Source of the DNA: Camelus dromedarius
Taxonomy: Eukaryota
Reading direction: 5' to 3'
DNA: 64,000 bases
NCBI RefSeq assembly: GCF_036321535.1
Contig: NC_087437.1
Location: 95,792,001-95,856,000 of the forward strand
The notes under the pieces were generated by a model. It was not told the origin of the DNA and ran no database searches. It saw nothing but the letters and a program-made list of their open reading frames with translations. Numbering within the stretch: the first letter of the stretch is position 1; each line of letters starts with the position of its first letter. This document shows, piece after piece, positions 1 through 12,100 of this stretch. The translations under genes and the position numbers were made by a program.

Positions 1-19
1 AGAGAGGAACACACTTTAC

Positions 20-200
20 CCAGTATTTCAAAGCCAGCTGATCTTTCTCCAAGAATGAATCGGCATTTAAAAATGCATAGATTGCAGCTGTGCGGAGAAG
101 ACCACGCCAAAGAAGCCGTTTCCAGATGCCAAGAATCAGTGGATGATTGAGGAGTAAAGTGATACATTGTTTGCTCAACTCACAACCAATGGGAGAAATA
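20..200 (-). pseudogene. Pseudo-exon, module B (CELSKQCITLL../LASGNGFFGVVFSAQLQSMH/FLNADSFLEKD)
   Basis: ccaaAG| ... tgg|GTAAAG. With two frameshifts it aligns to RGSL1 LPLKSQTIQGLKELLPSGDVIPWIPKAQKEICKMLSPWYDEFLDEED. Confidence 0.55.
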
Positions 201-372
201 CTTTGGAAGCATAATGGTAAAGAAACTAGCATCAGGCAAGCAGAGTAGATCTCAAGAGGAAAGTGTGGCAGCTACATACAGGGTGAAGTAAATCCTGACC
301 CAAAGCACAAAAGTCAGGCCTGGGGATGAATAGAGGGGTTGGTCTGAAATCCATGTGAAAGTTTGCCTTAAA

Positions 373-552
373 ACAGTGGCTCTCAGCTCTGAATGCTCAT
401 TAATATAACCTGGAGAGCTTTAAAACCCAGCATTGCTTCCAAGACCCCACCAGAGACCAATTAAACCCCAAATTACTGAGGGAAGGGCCCAGACAGAAGT
501 CTTTAAAACTCCCCAGTTGGTGATAACGTGTATCTAGGGTTGAGACATACTG
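373..552. mobile_element. MER5A-like hAT-Charlie MITE
   Basis: cagtggctctca...acctggagagctt..aaa...ctccccag..tgat...agggttgaga..actg, with degenerate terminal inverted repeats. Confidence 0.7.
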
Positions 553-599
553 CCTTGAAGTCGCTGACCTTGAAAACTTTCAGAAGGGCCAAAAAGAGA

Positions 600-941
600 A
601 ACCGCTGCTTCTAAATGTAGGAAGAGTTTCCAGCCTTGGGGCCAAGAGATTTTGCAATCAAGTTTTGATCAGAGATATGCCTTGATATTCTTAATTCTGT
701 AATTTTTTCTCTTGTTCTCTCAGTGTTTATTCCTTTGTTTACTGGGCCAGTAAGTGATTTTCTGAAAAGCTGAAGTATTCTGTTGTTTATGTAACCTAGG
801 GAGAAGGTAGGCTGTACAAAAGTCAGGGATAGGGAAGCGCCCCAGTTGAAGTGGGTTTGGGATGTTAGTCTCTGCCCTGCTGTTAGATTGTCTGATTTTA
901 GGTCAAAATTAATTTTATGAAACTGTGAGAGGATTAGATGT
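600..941 (-). pseudogene. Pseudo-exon, module B (INFDLKSDNLTAGQ...)
   Basis: ttttttctAG acceptor and a 110-codon open frame (ORF 611-955). Motif resembles RGSL1 IHLALCADACAGNP. Confidence 0.5.
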
Positions 942-1077
942 CTAGAAAAAAACATGCCAGGTAAACATTCTTCTGTTTCTCTTCATTTCTACATTGCTGT
1001 AATTTTTCACTACTCCTAATAATAGCAGCTATCTCTTAGCAGGCAGCTATTTTTGCTAGGTAGGTGTTACACTAGTT

Positions 1078-1080
<3 letters not shown>

Positions 1081-1109
<29 letters not shown>
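1081..1109 (+). repeat. (CA)n microsatellite
   Basis: Perfect AC run of about 14 units. Confidence 0.95.
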
Positions 1110-1111
<2 letters not shown>

Positions 1112-1482
1112 ATCTCTAACACGCATAATAACCTTGCTAAATAAATAGTTTATCCTTTTCTGGGGTCATAGCTAAGACTTGATGAAATTAGTTTTTTTTG
1201 TTTTTTTTTTTTAAGTCAAACTTATCATTAGAGGCTGAGCAAAGAGTTAAATTCAGGTGTTTGAATCCAAAGCCATCTCTGTTTCAGTAAAATTCAGTCG
1301 AACTCCTGCTGTGAAATAATTTCTCTGATGGCTAACAGTGCGTGCACTGTTAATTTAATTTTAGTAAAAATCTCGTGTCTTTTACTTCTTTGAGGAAGAG
1401 TGATGGATTGAGATTAAATTAGCGGGAGACTCTACCAGAAACCGATGGGAAGGATGATTGGGACCAGCTTAATCTTTTTAAT

Positions 1483-2895
1483 ATATTTTTCTTTATCTTT
1501 GATTTTCTGCAGTTTGACTATGATATGCCTACTTGTAGTTTGTTTGCCATTTATCCTGCTTGGTGTTCTCAGTACCTTGAATTTGTGGTTTGGTGTCTAA
1601 CATTAATTTGGGGAAGTTATCAGTCATTATTTCTTCCAATGTTACTTCTGTTCCTTTCTTTTTTCTCCTTCTGGTATTCAAATTACGTGTATGTCACACC
1701 TTTTATAGTCACACAGTTCTTGAATATCCTGTCCTAGTTTGTTTCTTTGCTTTGCAGTCTTTTTCCTTTTGCTTTTCAGTTTTGGGCGTTTTTATTAACA
1801 TCCTCAAGCTCAGAGATTCTTTCTTTGGCCATGTTCAGTCTACTAATGAGCCTATCAAAAGCGTTTTCCATTTCTGTTAGTGCTTTTTTTTCCCTCTAGC
1901 ATTTCTTTTAAATTCTTAGAATTCCCATCTCTCTCTGCTTACGTTATCCACCTATTCTAGAATGTTGTCTACTTTTTCCATTAGAGCCCTATGATTGATG
2001 TATTAAGCATAGATGTCTTAAATTTACGGTTTGATAATTCCAACATCCCTACAATATCTGGGTCTGGTTCTGATTCTTGCTGAGTCTCTTCAAACTGTTT
2101 TTTTTGCCTTTTAGTATCCCTTGTAATTTTTGTTAAAAGGTGGCTGCGAGGTGCTGTGGTAAATATTCCTTTGGGAACGTAGTGGTAAGATGTGCGGGGA
2201 GGGAAAGTGTTCAGTGGTCCTGTGACTGAGCATGTGCCCTGGACTGTGAACCTCTCAAGTGTTTCTCATTTCTCGCCCTCTCCCCGCTCTCCCCCTTAGG
2301 TGTGTCAGGAGAGGCTGGCATGGACCAGGTTGGGTATTTCACTTCCCCAAGGTGGGTTAGGTTCATGTAAAATCCTAGCAAGTTAGGTTCTGGTAGAATA
2401 GTTTCTCCTGAGGACAGTTCTTATTAAGAGGAGCACAATGCCCTGGCATATTTCAAGAAGGTTTCTTCCTTCTCTCCCCTTGTCAGAAGCACGAGGGGAT
2501 TTTTCTCCAATTTTCACTGTGAAAACTGGGTAATATCTAGGAGATAAAACTCCAGAAGTTTGGGGCTCCCCAGTGCCTAGGTCCCCTGGGGCTTTGAACT
2601 CACAGGCATGCTCACAACTGAGCCTCCAGCAATGTGTCAATTACAGTTGGGTTTTCCTCCTCAGCACTCATTCCCACGGAGGTTTCTGCTTGTGGGTTTT
2701 TGCTCCAGTAAGATTCGCTGTATCCACCTGTCTGTCTCTCCAATTTGGGGGCAGTAGTTTGCCCTGTGACCTCACTTCTCTAATAAATCTTGGGAAAGTT
2801 GTTGATTTTTCAATTTGTTCAGCTTTTTACTTACTGTTGAGATGGTGGGGGACTTCTAAGCTCTTTATATGCCAGACTAGAAACTGAAAGTCTCC
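1483..2895 (-). mobile_element. Old L1 (L1M/L1MC-type) 5'UTR-ORF1 fragment
   Basis: T-rich antisense ORF1-type sequence, ending in a typical L1M 5' end (ccagactagaaactgaaagtctcc). Confidence 0.75.
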
Positions 2896-3184
2896 TTAAA
2901 GTAATTTTATTTCTCATGGTTTTTCATCAAAAAATGCAAACTAAAATAGAAAATAATAGCCCAATTAAAAAACAGTCATCAGGGACAGGCTTATTTCCTT
3001 GTTATTTTTGAGTTTGAGAGAAATGTTTCTTCATATCATTTGTGTTGTCTGCATTTGTCTCTCATTCTTCCTGGCATACAGCTTACTGCTTACAGGTCAT
3101 AGATGATCTCACTTATCTAATTTCACCCTCACATCCCAGGCTAACAGCATTTCAGAGTAAGTTTTTAAAGCACATACTGAGTTA

Positions 3185-3423
3185 CAGTTGACCCTGGAAT
3201 AACCTGGGTTTGAACTTCTTTGTTCCACTTATACATGGATGTTTATTGCATAGTTCAAACCCATGTTACTCAGGGGTCAACTGTGTATAATCTGTAGTTG
3301 GTTGAAAACGTGGATGCAGAACTCATGAATAGGGAGGGTTAACTATAAGACTGAGCATTCTCAGATTTTGGTATCCTAACTGGGTCCTGAAACTAATCCT
3401 CCGTGGATACGGAGAAACAACTG
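3185..3423. mobile_element. Tigger-family MITEs: Tigger2-type (3185-3283) abutting a MER2-like fragment
   Basis: Inverted ends cagttgaccc...gggtcaactg, followed by gagcattctcagattttggtatcc...ccgtggatacggagaaacaactg. Confidence 0.7.
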
Positions 3424-4285
3424 TGCATGTATTAAGAAGTTTGTGTGTGCTAGGCACCATACTGGGAGAGAAGTTCATCTGTTATGAAGCTTTGCCCCTG
3501 GGCTCATCAACGTCACGTCTCTCCTTATTGGTTATTGAGTCTGTTGGCTTTAACTCTTTAACATTTACATCTTTCAGTTCTTCAAGTATTCTATTTATTC
3601 ACTGTTTGTACCAATCTTGGTTATTTGTAATTTTGTAATTTTTTAAACCTGCCTAGATTCTGACCCTTTTTTGTGACATGTTGCTAAGTTATATTCAGAT
3701 CATCAATAATCTGGTTGTTGACCACACCTAATTTAGACTCCAAACATCTACACTGTTGTATTATTCGTAATTTTAATTCCCTTTTAAAATACATCAGTGG
3801 ACCAGGTGCTGATATTTACTTGCTGTAGAGTACTTGCTGTATATAATGAGGTGACAATTGTGGTAACTTCCCATTCCACTCCAGTTGATACACTTAAAAC
3901 AATTAAAGTTAGTCTCTCTCCTTTGCCAGTGATTAATTCAGGTTGGGCAGGCCTTCCCATTTTGAACTAGTGAGCTTAGAAGTGTTTTGCTGGGAAACTT
4001 AGGATGGTTTCCCACACTTGAGAGAGCACTAGCAGTCAGTCATTGCTCACCATTAACTGACAACTAGGAAGCATAAACTCTAAATTGCTACTGGAAGCAG
4101 TAACAATGATGGGTGGCCAAGGATGAAGTGGACAAGAGACCACCTGAGAGATGAAAGAAACCGAGTCTTTGACACTGTTGAACCACTAAACCAAGGCCCC
4201 TTTATCTGGATTTTCTTCTTTTATGTAAACTTCTTCCTAATTGCATAAGAATATTTGAAATGGATAATCACCAGAGTGAGATGGT

Positions 4286-4730
4286 GTGGTAGATAATAAT
4301 GATGGCTCCTCAAAGATTCTACCTTACAATATAATAGGGACTTTGCAGATATGATTACTTTTAAGGACTTTGAGATAGCAAGATTAGCCTGGGTTATCTA
4401 GGTGGGCCCAGTGTTATCCCAAGGGTCCTTAAAAGTAGAAGGAAGAGGCAGACAAGGAGGTCTGAGTGATGTGATATGACAAGGAGTTGACCTGCTGTCT
4501 TTGAAGATGGAAGGAGGGGCCCATGAGCCCAGAAATGCAGCTGGCCTCTAAAAACCAGACAAGGCCAGGAAACGGATTGTCCCTCAAAGCCTCCAGAAGG
4601 GAACACAGCTCTGGTAATACCTTTATTTTAACTCATGTTGGACTTCTGAACTACAGGATTGTAAGGGAATTTCATATTAGGCCAATTAGTCTGTGATACT
4701 TCGTTATGGCAGCGATAGAAAACTAATGCA
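4286..4730 (+). mobile_element. MaLR solo LTR (MLT1D-like)
   Basis: tgtggtag...gggactttgcagat..gatt...gttatggcagcgatagaaaactaatgca. Confidence 0.85.
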
Positions 4731-4939
4731 GAAGGACAAAAGCCACTGCAGAAATCGAGGGGCCAGCCTGCCCAGTACTCACAGGGAGGCCTCAATGTCC
4801 TGTTGAATTTAAACGATTTCCCAAAACATTCACATCAAACCAAGGCTGCCTTGTGATTCTAATGGCTTGATTCCAAAAACAAGATCACGTTATCCTATCC
4901 AAACGCAGACAAAAGCGTGAACCAGGTACCTTAAACCAT

Positions 4940-5243
4940 AAAAATTAGCATCCTTGTTAATGAGTGACTGTTGACTGCTTCTTTGCCAGTTACCGATTTA
5001 GCTTTGCTTATGTCTGCTCCTTGATGAGATGGTAATATGCCCAAGTATAAAATTATCCTCACTTCATTACAGCATCTAATCCAGAGTAAAGCCCCAGTCC
5101 TTAAAAGTTCCCCCAAACGGCCTCAAACCCAACAAGTCCTCTCAGATATCCTCTGCTGAGGCGCCCCACGGTTGCCCTGGATGTTTATTCTCTCTGCAGT
5201 GCTCTTCTACAGGTGAGGTACTGGAGGTCTTGGCTGGACAGCA
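4940..5243 (+). mobile_element. ERVL LTR relic (MER74/MER54-like)
   Basis: ctgaggcgccccacggttgccc...ctacaggtg...ctggaggtcttggctgga 3' motif. The start is approximate. Confidence 0.55.
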
Positions 5244-6021
5244 TGGACAGAACGCATATTCAAATATGTTTTTAAAGAAATTATGTACTTTGTGGAATTT
5301 ATTTTACTCTATAATTAGAGGTCAAAAAATACCAAATTCCTGTTAACCAAAATATGAAGAGAATAGTGAACGTTTTCTCATACCTAGTATCTTCCCTGCA
5401 TGTAAGTGCTAGTTCTCCACCACGAGGTGAATGCAGAGGGAATCTAGTCGGTGGGTATCTCCTTGTCGTGGAGAAGAACTGCACTTGGGAGGAGTCAAGA
5501 TTGTAACTCAGAAAAGGGAAGACGTGCACTCATAGGGTTGATGGAAAGTGTGAAAAGCAGCCAAACATCAAGATCATTGGTCAAAAAAGTAAAAAGCTAT
5601 GGGTGAGATTTGATTTGGGTGTTGGCTTTGCTTTATTTGGTCAGATGAGAGATGATTACAAAGAGAGGTGGCATCCGTAATAACCCTGATCTGACACTCT
5701 GCAGCTGAGGTTGGGGTGGTCTTCTCTGCTGCTCAGCGATGTCAGACAGGAGGATGGCTGAAAACACTACTTCATAATACAGGTCTCTCTATTTCTAAAC
5801 ATGTGGTATCTTTAAATTCCTATGAAAGTGTTAATTCCATAAAGCTGATGCTGGCTGTGTAATATAAAAAGTAGGTAACAGACTACTTGATTTGATTAAT
5901 TACAATTCATAACTCAAATGTTTAAGAATGTGTCCATAACTTTAATTGACTTCTCTGTAATAAATGTTGGTACAATATATGCAAGTTTTAAGAAAGTATG
6001 TAATAATCCAAGAATGTAGGT

Positions 6022-6178
6022 CTTTTTTTTTTAAAATGGAAGTATAGTTGATTCATAATATTGTTAGTTTCAGGTGTACAGCAAAGTGATTCAGTTCTGC
6101 GTATTTTTTCAGATTCTTTTCCACTATAGGTTATTACAAGATATTGAATACAGTTCCCTGATCTACACAGTAGGTCCA
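6022..6178 (-). mobile_element. L1 3' end fragment
   Basis: polyT followed by gaagtatagttgatt...ggtgtacagcaaagtgattcag...ggttattacaagatattgaata. Confidence 0.85.
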
Positions 6179-9100
6179 TGTATAAAGTCCTCTAAGTTAT
6201 TTTGTTAAAATAATAGAGAATATTAAAACCACAAATGCAATTTGTTCTTAGAAAATTGTAGAGATTCATTTTATCCCAGAAAAACATTTGATGTATTATT
6301 GATCATGACTTTTTCCACTGATTTATTTAAACAAAGAAAATAAATGCCTCATAAGCTAACTACCTAAGCCCACAGATCTTGTTATAACAATGCTTATTTA
6401 AATTCTAGTCCATTAACAGCTTTAATTGTTCTTTTGATACATCTACCTTTCTTCACTTTGTAGTGAAGATATTCTGATATTTGCTACTTTTCCAAAGACT
6501 ATGGAAATATTCACTGTAGTTGATTTTAGTCTGTTTTGCCCACCTATCCTGAATAACTCTAAGTTTAATCTTCAAAACCAGCAAGCTAATTATACATAGT
6601 AAGATATAGATTTTTCTCTGTGCAGTGGTGGTTTCTTTAATAAATCTAGCCACCACTGATGACATACCATTATTAACAGAAAGTATAAAGTGAAAGAATC
6701 AGAATGCTTTGATAATTACAATGGCTTTTTTTTTGTACATTCTTCAATTCAAGTAACCTTATTTTTATTTTATAGTAATAAATATTCATCCCTTTGTTGC
6801 CTTTTGGGTTAACTTCTTGAAAGATTAGTTTCCTGTGAGCTGTCTCCACTTCTTCCTTCCATCCCCTAGTGACCTGCAACCCGACTTCTGTTTCCATCAC
6901 TCTAAATAAACCAGTCTCTTTAAGTGGCCTGGAAAATATTTTTAAATTCAAAGCATGTTTTTTAGTGATTTTTTAAAAATGAATTTGGCAGCATTTGACA
7001 TTTTAAAAAAGATCTCTTTTCAGCTTCTTTTTCTATCAGTCTCTTTTCCATACCCATCACAGTGCTTCTTCAGATCCTTTCCAGGCTCTCCCTGCTTTCT
7101 TGAACAGCTGATGTCTTCAAGTTTCTTTGACTCATAATTTTGTCTTATCACTGTACATGCTCATGACTTTGGTTCTAGTTTAGACATCGTTGACCCCCCA
7201 AATCCTCATCCTTGAGCTTTCTTGAGCACCAGTTCCCCCACCCCAACCACCAACTAATATAGATGTTTCCAAATGACCCCAAACTAATCTTTCCAGAATC
7301 TAAACATATGTTCTTTCTGAACTGATATTCTTTATTTGTTATCCATCCTAGGAACATTATTTTTCCTTTAAGTCTCTCAACTAGAAACCTTGAAATACCT
7401 CTCCACATTTAACCTCTATCCTATCTAAAAATTCTGCTGAATTTTTTAGCTAATCTGTATTCCTATTGCTTCTATAGTTTTCAAGGTCCTATTTTTCTTT
7501 TGTTTAGATTATTGCATTGTCTTAGTTTGTTTGTTTTCCCCAACGTATCATCCACACTATTAGAGTTCTGTCGTCTGAAAAAAAATAAAACAACCCATCA
7601 CAATCCTAAAGATACTACTTAAAGCTTGTACATTTTTTCCTTAACATATAAGCATGTAGGCATATCTGTTTCATCAATGTTAACAAGTTAAACAGGTCAA
7701 AAAAATAACTCTCAAGGCATAAGACTCCTGTATCTATATTCTACTGGTGACACTGGACTACAGTCAGCATCGTCTGCACATGCAGGCACCGATGGGGTGT
7801 GCTTCTCTACCTGCTGTAGCCAGCGCCCATGACCTCTGCAGCTTGCCAGATAAGAGAAGAATATAAAGCTCACCGTCAAAACTTCTGAACTGTATTTATT
7901 GGATTTACAATGCATTCAACATCAGCAAACCTGAACTTCAGCAAACGTTAAGCTAGTTTCTCTTTAGGGGAAAAAGAAAAAGAGCAAAACCCCGAGGCTA
8001 GGTCAGAAGAGCTTTTGAGGCCAGCAGAGCTGATATGGTGTTGAGTATTTAATAGTCATTTCTAAGAAATTTAGCCCAGGATCTGACACACAGTAGGCTC
8101 TCAGAAAGTACTTGAGGATCTGAATCTGAACAAGAGAATAACGAATAATGACCTCATATTTCCACTTCGTTGCATGCAGCCGTGCATAAAAAGGATCTGG
8201 GTAGCTCATTTCAGAAAAGAATACCAGCTCTGGGAAACTCTTGAGTCATTAGGCTGTAATTGTGTTCAGAGCCTGTGTGAAAAGAAGCCAGAAACCACTG
8301 TGTGCTGGTGAGTAATCTCTCCCTTAAAGAGCACAGAGAAAGATACGCATAAAGTTATGAACTAATGTGTAAGGGCAGCTAAATGCTATGAATTTAACGT
8401 CTGAGGATCCAAGTATTGAATAGCTCTGACAGGCAGAATCACATGCAAGAAAGAGCAACTTACCAGGACAGGAGGACCTGTATCCTCCTGGCTCTGATAC
8501 TTACTAGCTTTGTAAGCATAGGCAGATTTAGTTTCTTTGCTGCATTTCAATTTTCACATCCATGAATTGAGGATGAAAATAGAGTTGCTTTGAAGATCAA
8601 TTGAGATAGGAGTATTGAAACTAGCTTTGTAAAACTTTGAAAAGAATGTTTACTATAAACTATCTAGTCCCAATTTAACAGCAAAGTTTACATGCCCTCG
8701 AAGTAATAATTTAGTAACGCAGAGATGAAAGTTGATACAGAATTCTGCTCTTTAAACAGAAGACACTCTGTAACTTTGATGGATAAGAAAGAGTGGAGAA
8801 AGTCAAAAGTGTTGGGAATCCACCTGCAGGTAGGGAGATGGACGACAGAGTCTTCGATGTACTAGTGTTGGGATTAAATTGCCCAATGGCAATGCCCGCA
8901 TTTTAGACTTATCGTAGTAGCTGCTTTGTTTCATAAGTATTATATTATTTCCTTCAAATGCTACTTTCCTAGCTACAGTTATAATGCATTGAAATCCTGA
9001 AACACAGCTGGATCATGGTGAGGGAAAAAAGAAGACTGAAGTTCCTCTAAGCAAGCTACCCTGTGTGTGTTCAGTCTTGAGAATAAGAAGAATGGTGGAG

Positions 9101-12100
9101 GGCGTGCGGAAGCTCAGTAGAAAAACCACAGCGTGGTGAAAGACATGGCAGCATGCAGATAAGCCTCGGGAGAAGCAAATGGCAATAGATCTCTTCAACA
9201 AGAAAAACAGTGCCTACAGACGGGGCCAAAGAAACTAAAGCTATTGGAAAGTTGAAAGAGATCCATTATACATTGAGAGCATATAAGAGAACCAGAGCTC
9301 CATTTTTCCCAAGTTATTTTGTTTTCATCATGGTTGTAACATTATGGATGCAGTCTGTTGCAAATAAAGCTCCATTCTATAAATGGATGCCAAAGGTCCA
9401 AACCAAAGAAATCACTTTGTATACACAAATAGAAAGGTTCTGGTTTTGTATTTTTTGTTTTTCCATTTATATCCCCATGTGGGTATCAAGTATCCATCAT
9501 CTAACATAAATGTCTTCTAATTTTACATGGTGAAATGAGTGAGTAATCTTAAATCTTGCTCTACAGAGAACTGGATCAGGATCCTGAGTACAATAAAAAT
9601 TGGATTGAGATTTTGGCTGTGTTAATGTTCATGCAAATGTCATCTTAGCAAAATGCAGGGAAACTGAGCATGAAAATATATGGCGTAAAGATACGCCACA
9701 GGATATGTCCAGAGGGCATTTGAAGAATTTGGAACCCACACTGGAAACCTTTGCAAAGTTAAGGATCAGTTGTTCTGTTTTGGGCAAGAACCAATGTGGT
9801 TCCAAACATCTGTACCATTTTGTAAAAATTTAACACAGTACTGATTCTGCTATTCATCACTTCCAGTTTAAATCTAAATCTCATATATCTTTAAGCTACC
9901 TATCATGATGTAAATGGATATTTTAGAATTTTCCCCTCAGCTATTTAGTAGTAAGTGTCCTGAGGCAGCAATAGTATATTGCAAAAATCCTAGACTCCCT
10001 GTTGTCCCTACTTCTAACCGATATCAATTATGTTCAAGGTTTCACTAATGCAAGTCATTTCCTGTTCTGAAGATCATCTAACATCCCACCCTAGAATTAC
10101 AGCATCACCCTAAATTGCACTATACCACTCTAAAATAAAGTTTTCATGTCATGAGCCTTTTTATTAATAGCATTTCACTTTGAATTGCATTTAAAATGAA
10201 GTGCTACAGCAATTTCCTGAGCAATAACTAGAATTTACTGCTGTTTTTCTTCATCTGGTCACCTTTCATTGCATATGGTCAATGGAGAACAAATCTGGCC
10301 AATTAAAATCCAGACAATGTTTTTTTTTTCACCCTTTTATAACTAGAGTTGAGTTTGCTTGAAGGAGGCATGCTAGCTTTAATTACTGTCACTGTTTACT
10401 TAGGACACAGTAGCAAGTCAAGTTTCAAAGGAAAATTCTAGATCATATTGAAAGTTCTAAGTTTTTTTGTGTGGACCGGTAACTTCTACCTGTAGGTGTG
10501 AGGCTTCCTGCCACAGTGTGTTTCTACAGCTGTCAATCTGTCACAGCTGTCAGAATGCTCTGACTGTGCTGGAGTTTGTCCTTAAAGAATAAATGAACAC
10601 AATGAACAAATATCACCCCCCCCCCATATGTCTTTATTCATTCTCAATGTGGTAAACTCTTTAGGAGAGTTAATTACGAGTAGAAACTCAGGTGTGAGAA
10701 TTTCTTATTTAGAAACTATTTTTTGAATCACCATCTTTTTGGTCAAAGTTAAGAACATTTGTAGAATCAGTTTGCCAGATTATTGATACGTGTTTCAGAA
10801 AAGGTATAATATACAGGTCCCCTAACTCAATTATCCTCTTCCCAGGCGTAAAGAATCCCAGGATATTGACTTTTTTTTTTTTTTTTTTTAGAACCTAGAA
10901 TAATTCTCTAATTCAAACTTACCCTATTAAAAGATAAGAATGTGAGTGCTGGTGAGAATGAGTGACATGGTCAGCTGAGATGGAAACTAAGTCCTATATG
11001 CCAGCTGCTTCTCTAATGAGTGTAATTTAGGTTAATAATCTCCTTGTTTTAAAATAAAAATAATTATGGGGGTAGTTGAGCCTATCAGCCAGTCATTCTT
11101 TAATATGAATGAATTTAAATTATTTTCTTCTTAAAATGATATCAGTCGCAGAAATGAGGGGACTAATAAGACTTTGGGGGAAGGGAAAGAGGATTATTGA
11201 CATTTTTGACAGAGAAAACACAGTATTAAGAGTTGAAGGAAGAAGAAAGGGATTGGAGTCTAAAAAAGAAATCTGAAGTCACGAATCAATCCAAAAAGAT
11301 AAAGATATGAATAGATTCAAATAGGAAGAACAGGCAAAGAGTACCAAACATAGACTCAACATATTTTGCAATTTTGTTGAAGGTTCTAATAGCAATATTA
11401 TTTTTTTGCTGAAATTTATCTTACATACCCAGTTGCTTTTAATATTTGCTTATCTTAAGAGACTACAATACCACTGAAACAAAGTTTTTTTAAATTTTCT
11501 TTTAGGGAAGGATTTGGTGGGTGTGTGCTGTTATGGCCTTAGGGAGACTGAGAGGTCATTGTTGCTAGGGTTGGGAAGGGTTGCCAATTAACTATGTACA
11601 GATAGCACTAGGCTCCGTGAATTTTGTCAGGTGTATTCTCTTTTAAATATCTTTTTTTCAAAGATCTGAACAGGGCAATTTTGAATGGTGTTTTTCTTTG
11701 CATGGCTATATTTATCAATTGATACCAACCATCAGCCCATTAATAAGTAACACTGAATACTCTAAAAAAAGTTAGAGAAATTTCATAAAATAGATTTGGT
11801 CCAAAATTCATGTAATAGAGGAAAACTTTTTTTGGAACTCCAAATGTTTACCAAAGCTCTGATCAATCTGCCTTTTACTTTTTTTTTTAAATTTTCAAAA
11901 ATTTAAACTCCACTACAGGTATAAGCACAGATAATTTTTAATTTAAAGCTTTATTTATGACTGCTTGTATTCATTTTGTTATCTAAAAAAATGACTTCTC
12001 ACCTATATGAATATGTGTTTGTAAGTAGCAGAAAATCTAATAATAGCTTATATTAAAAAAAAAAAAAGAAACTTTTAACTTATTTAAAGCAAGCATGTAA

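Noticed and set aside
1..150. Plus-strand open frame REEHTLPS...ESVDD* as a gene C-terminus
   Set aside because: No recognisable motif. It is better explained as the antisense of the minus-strand pseudo-exon 200-20.
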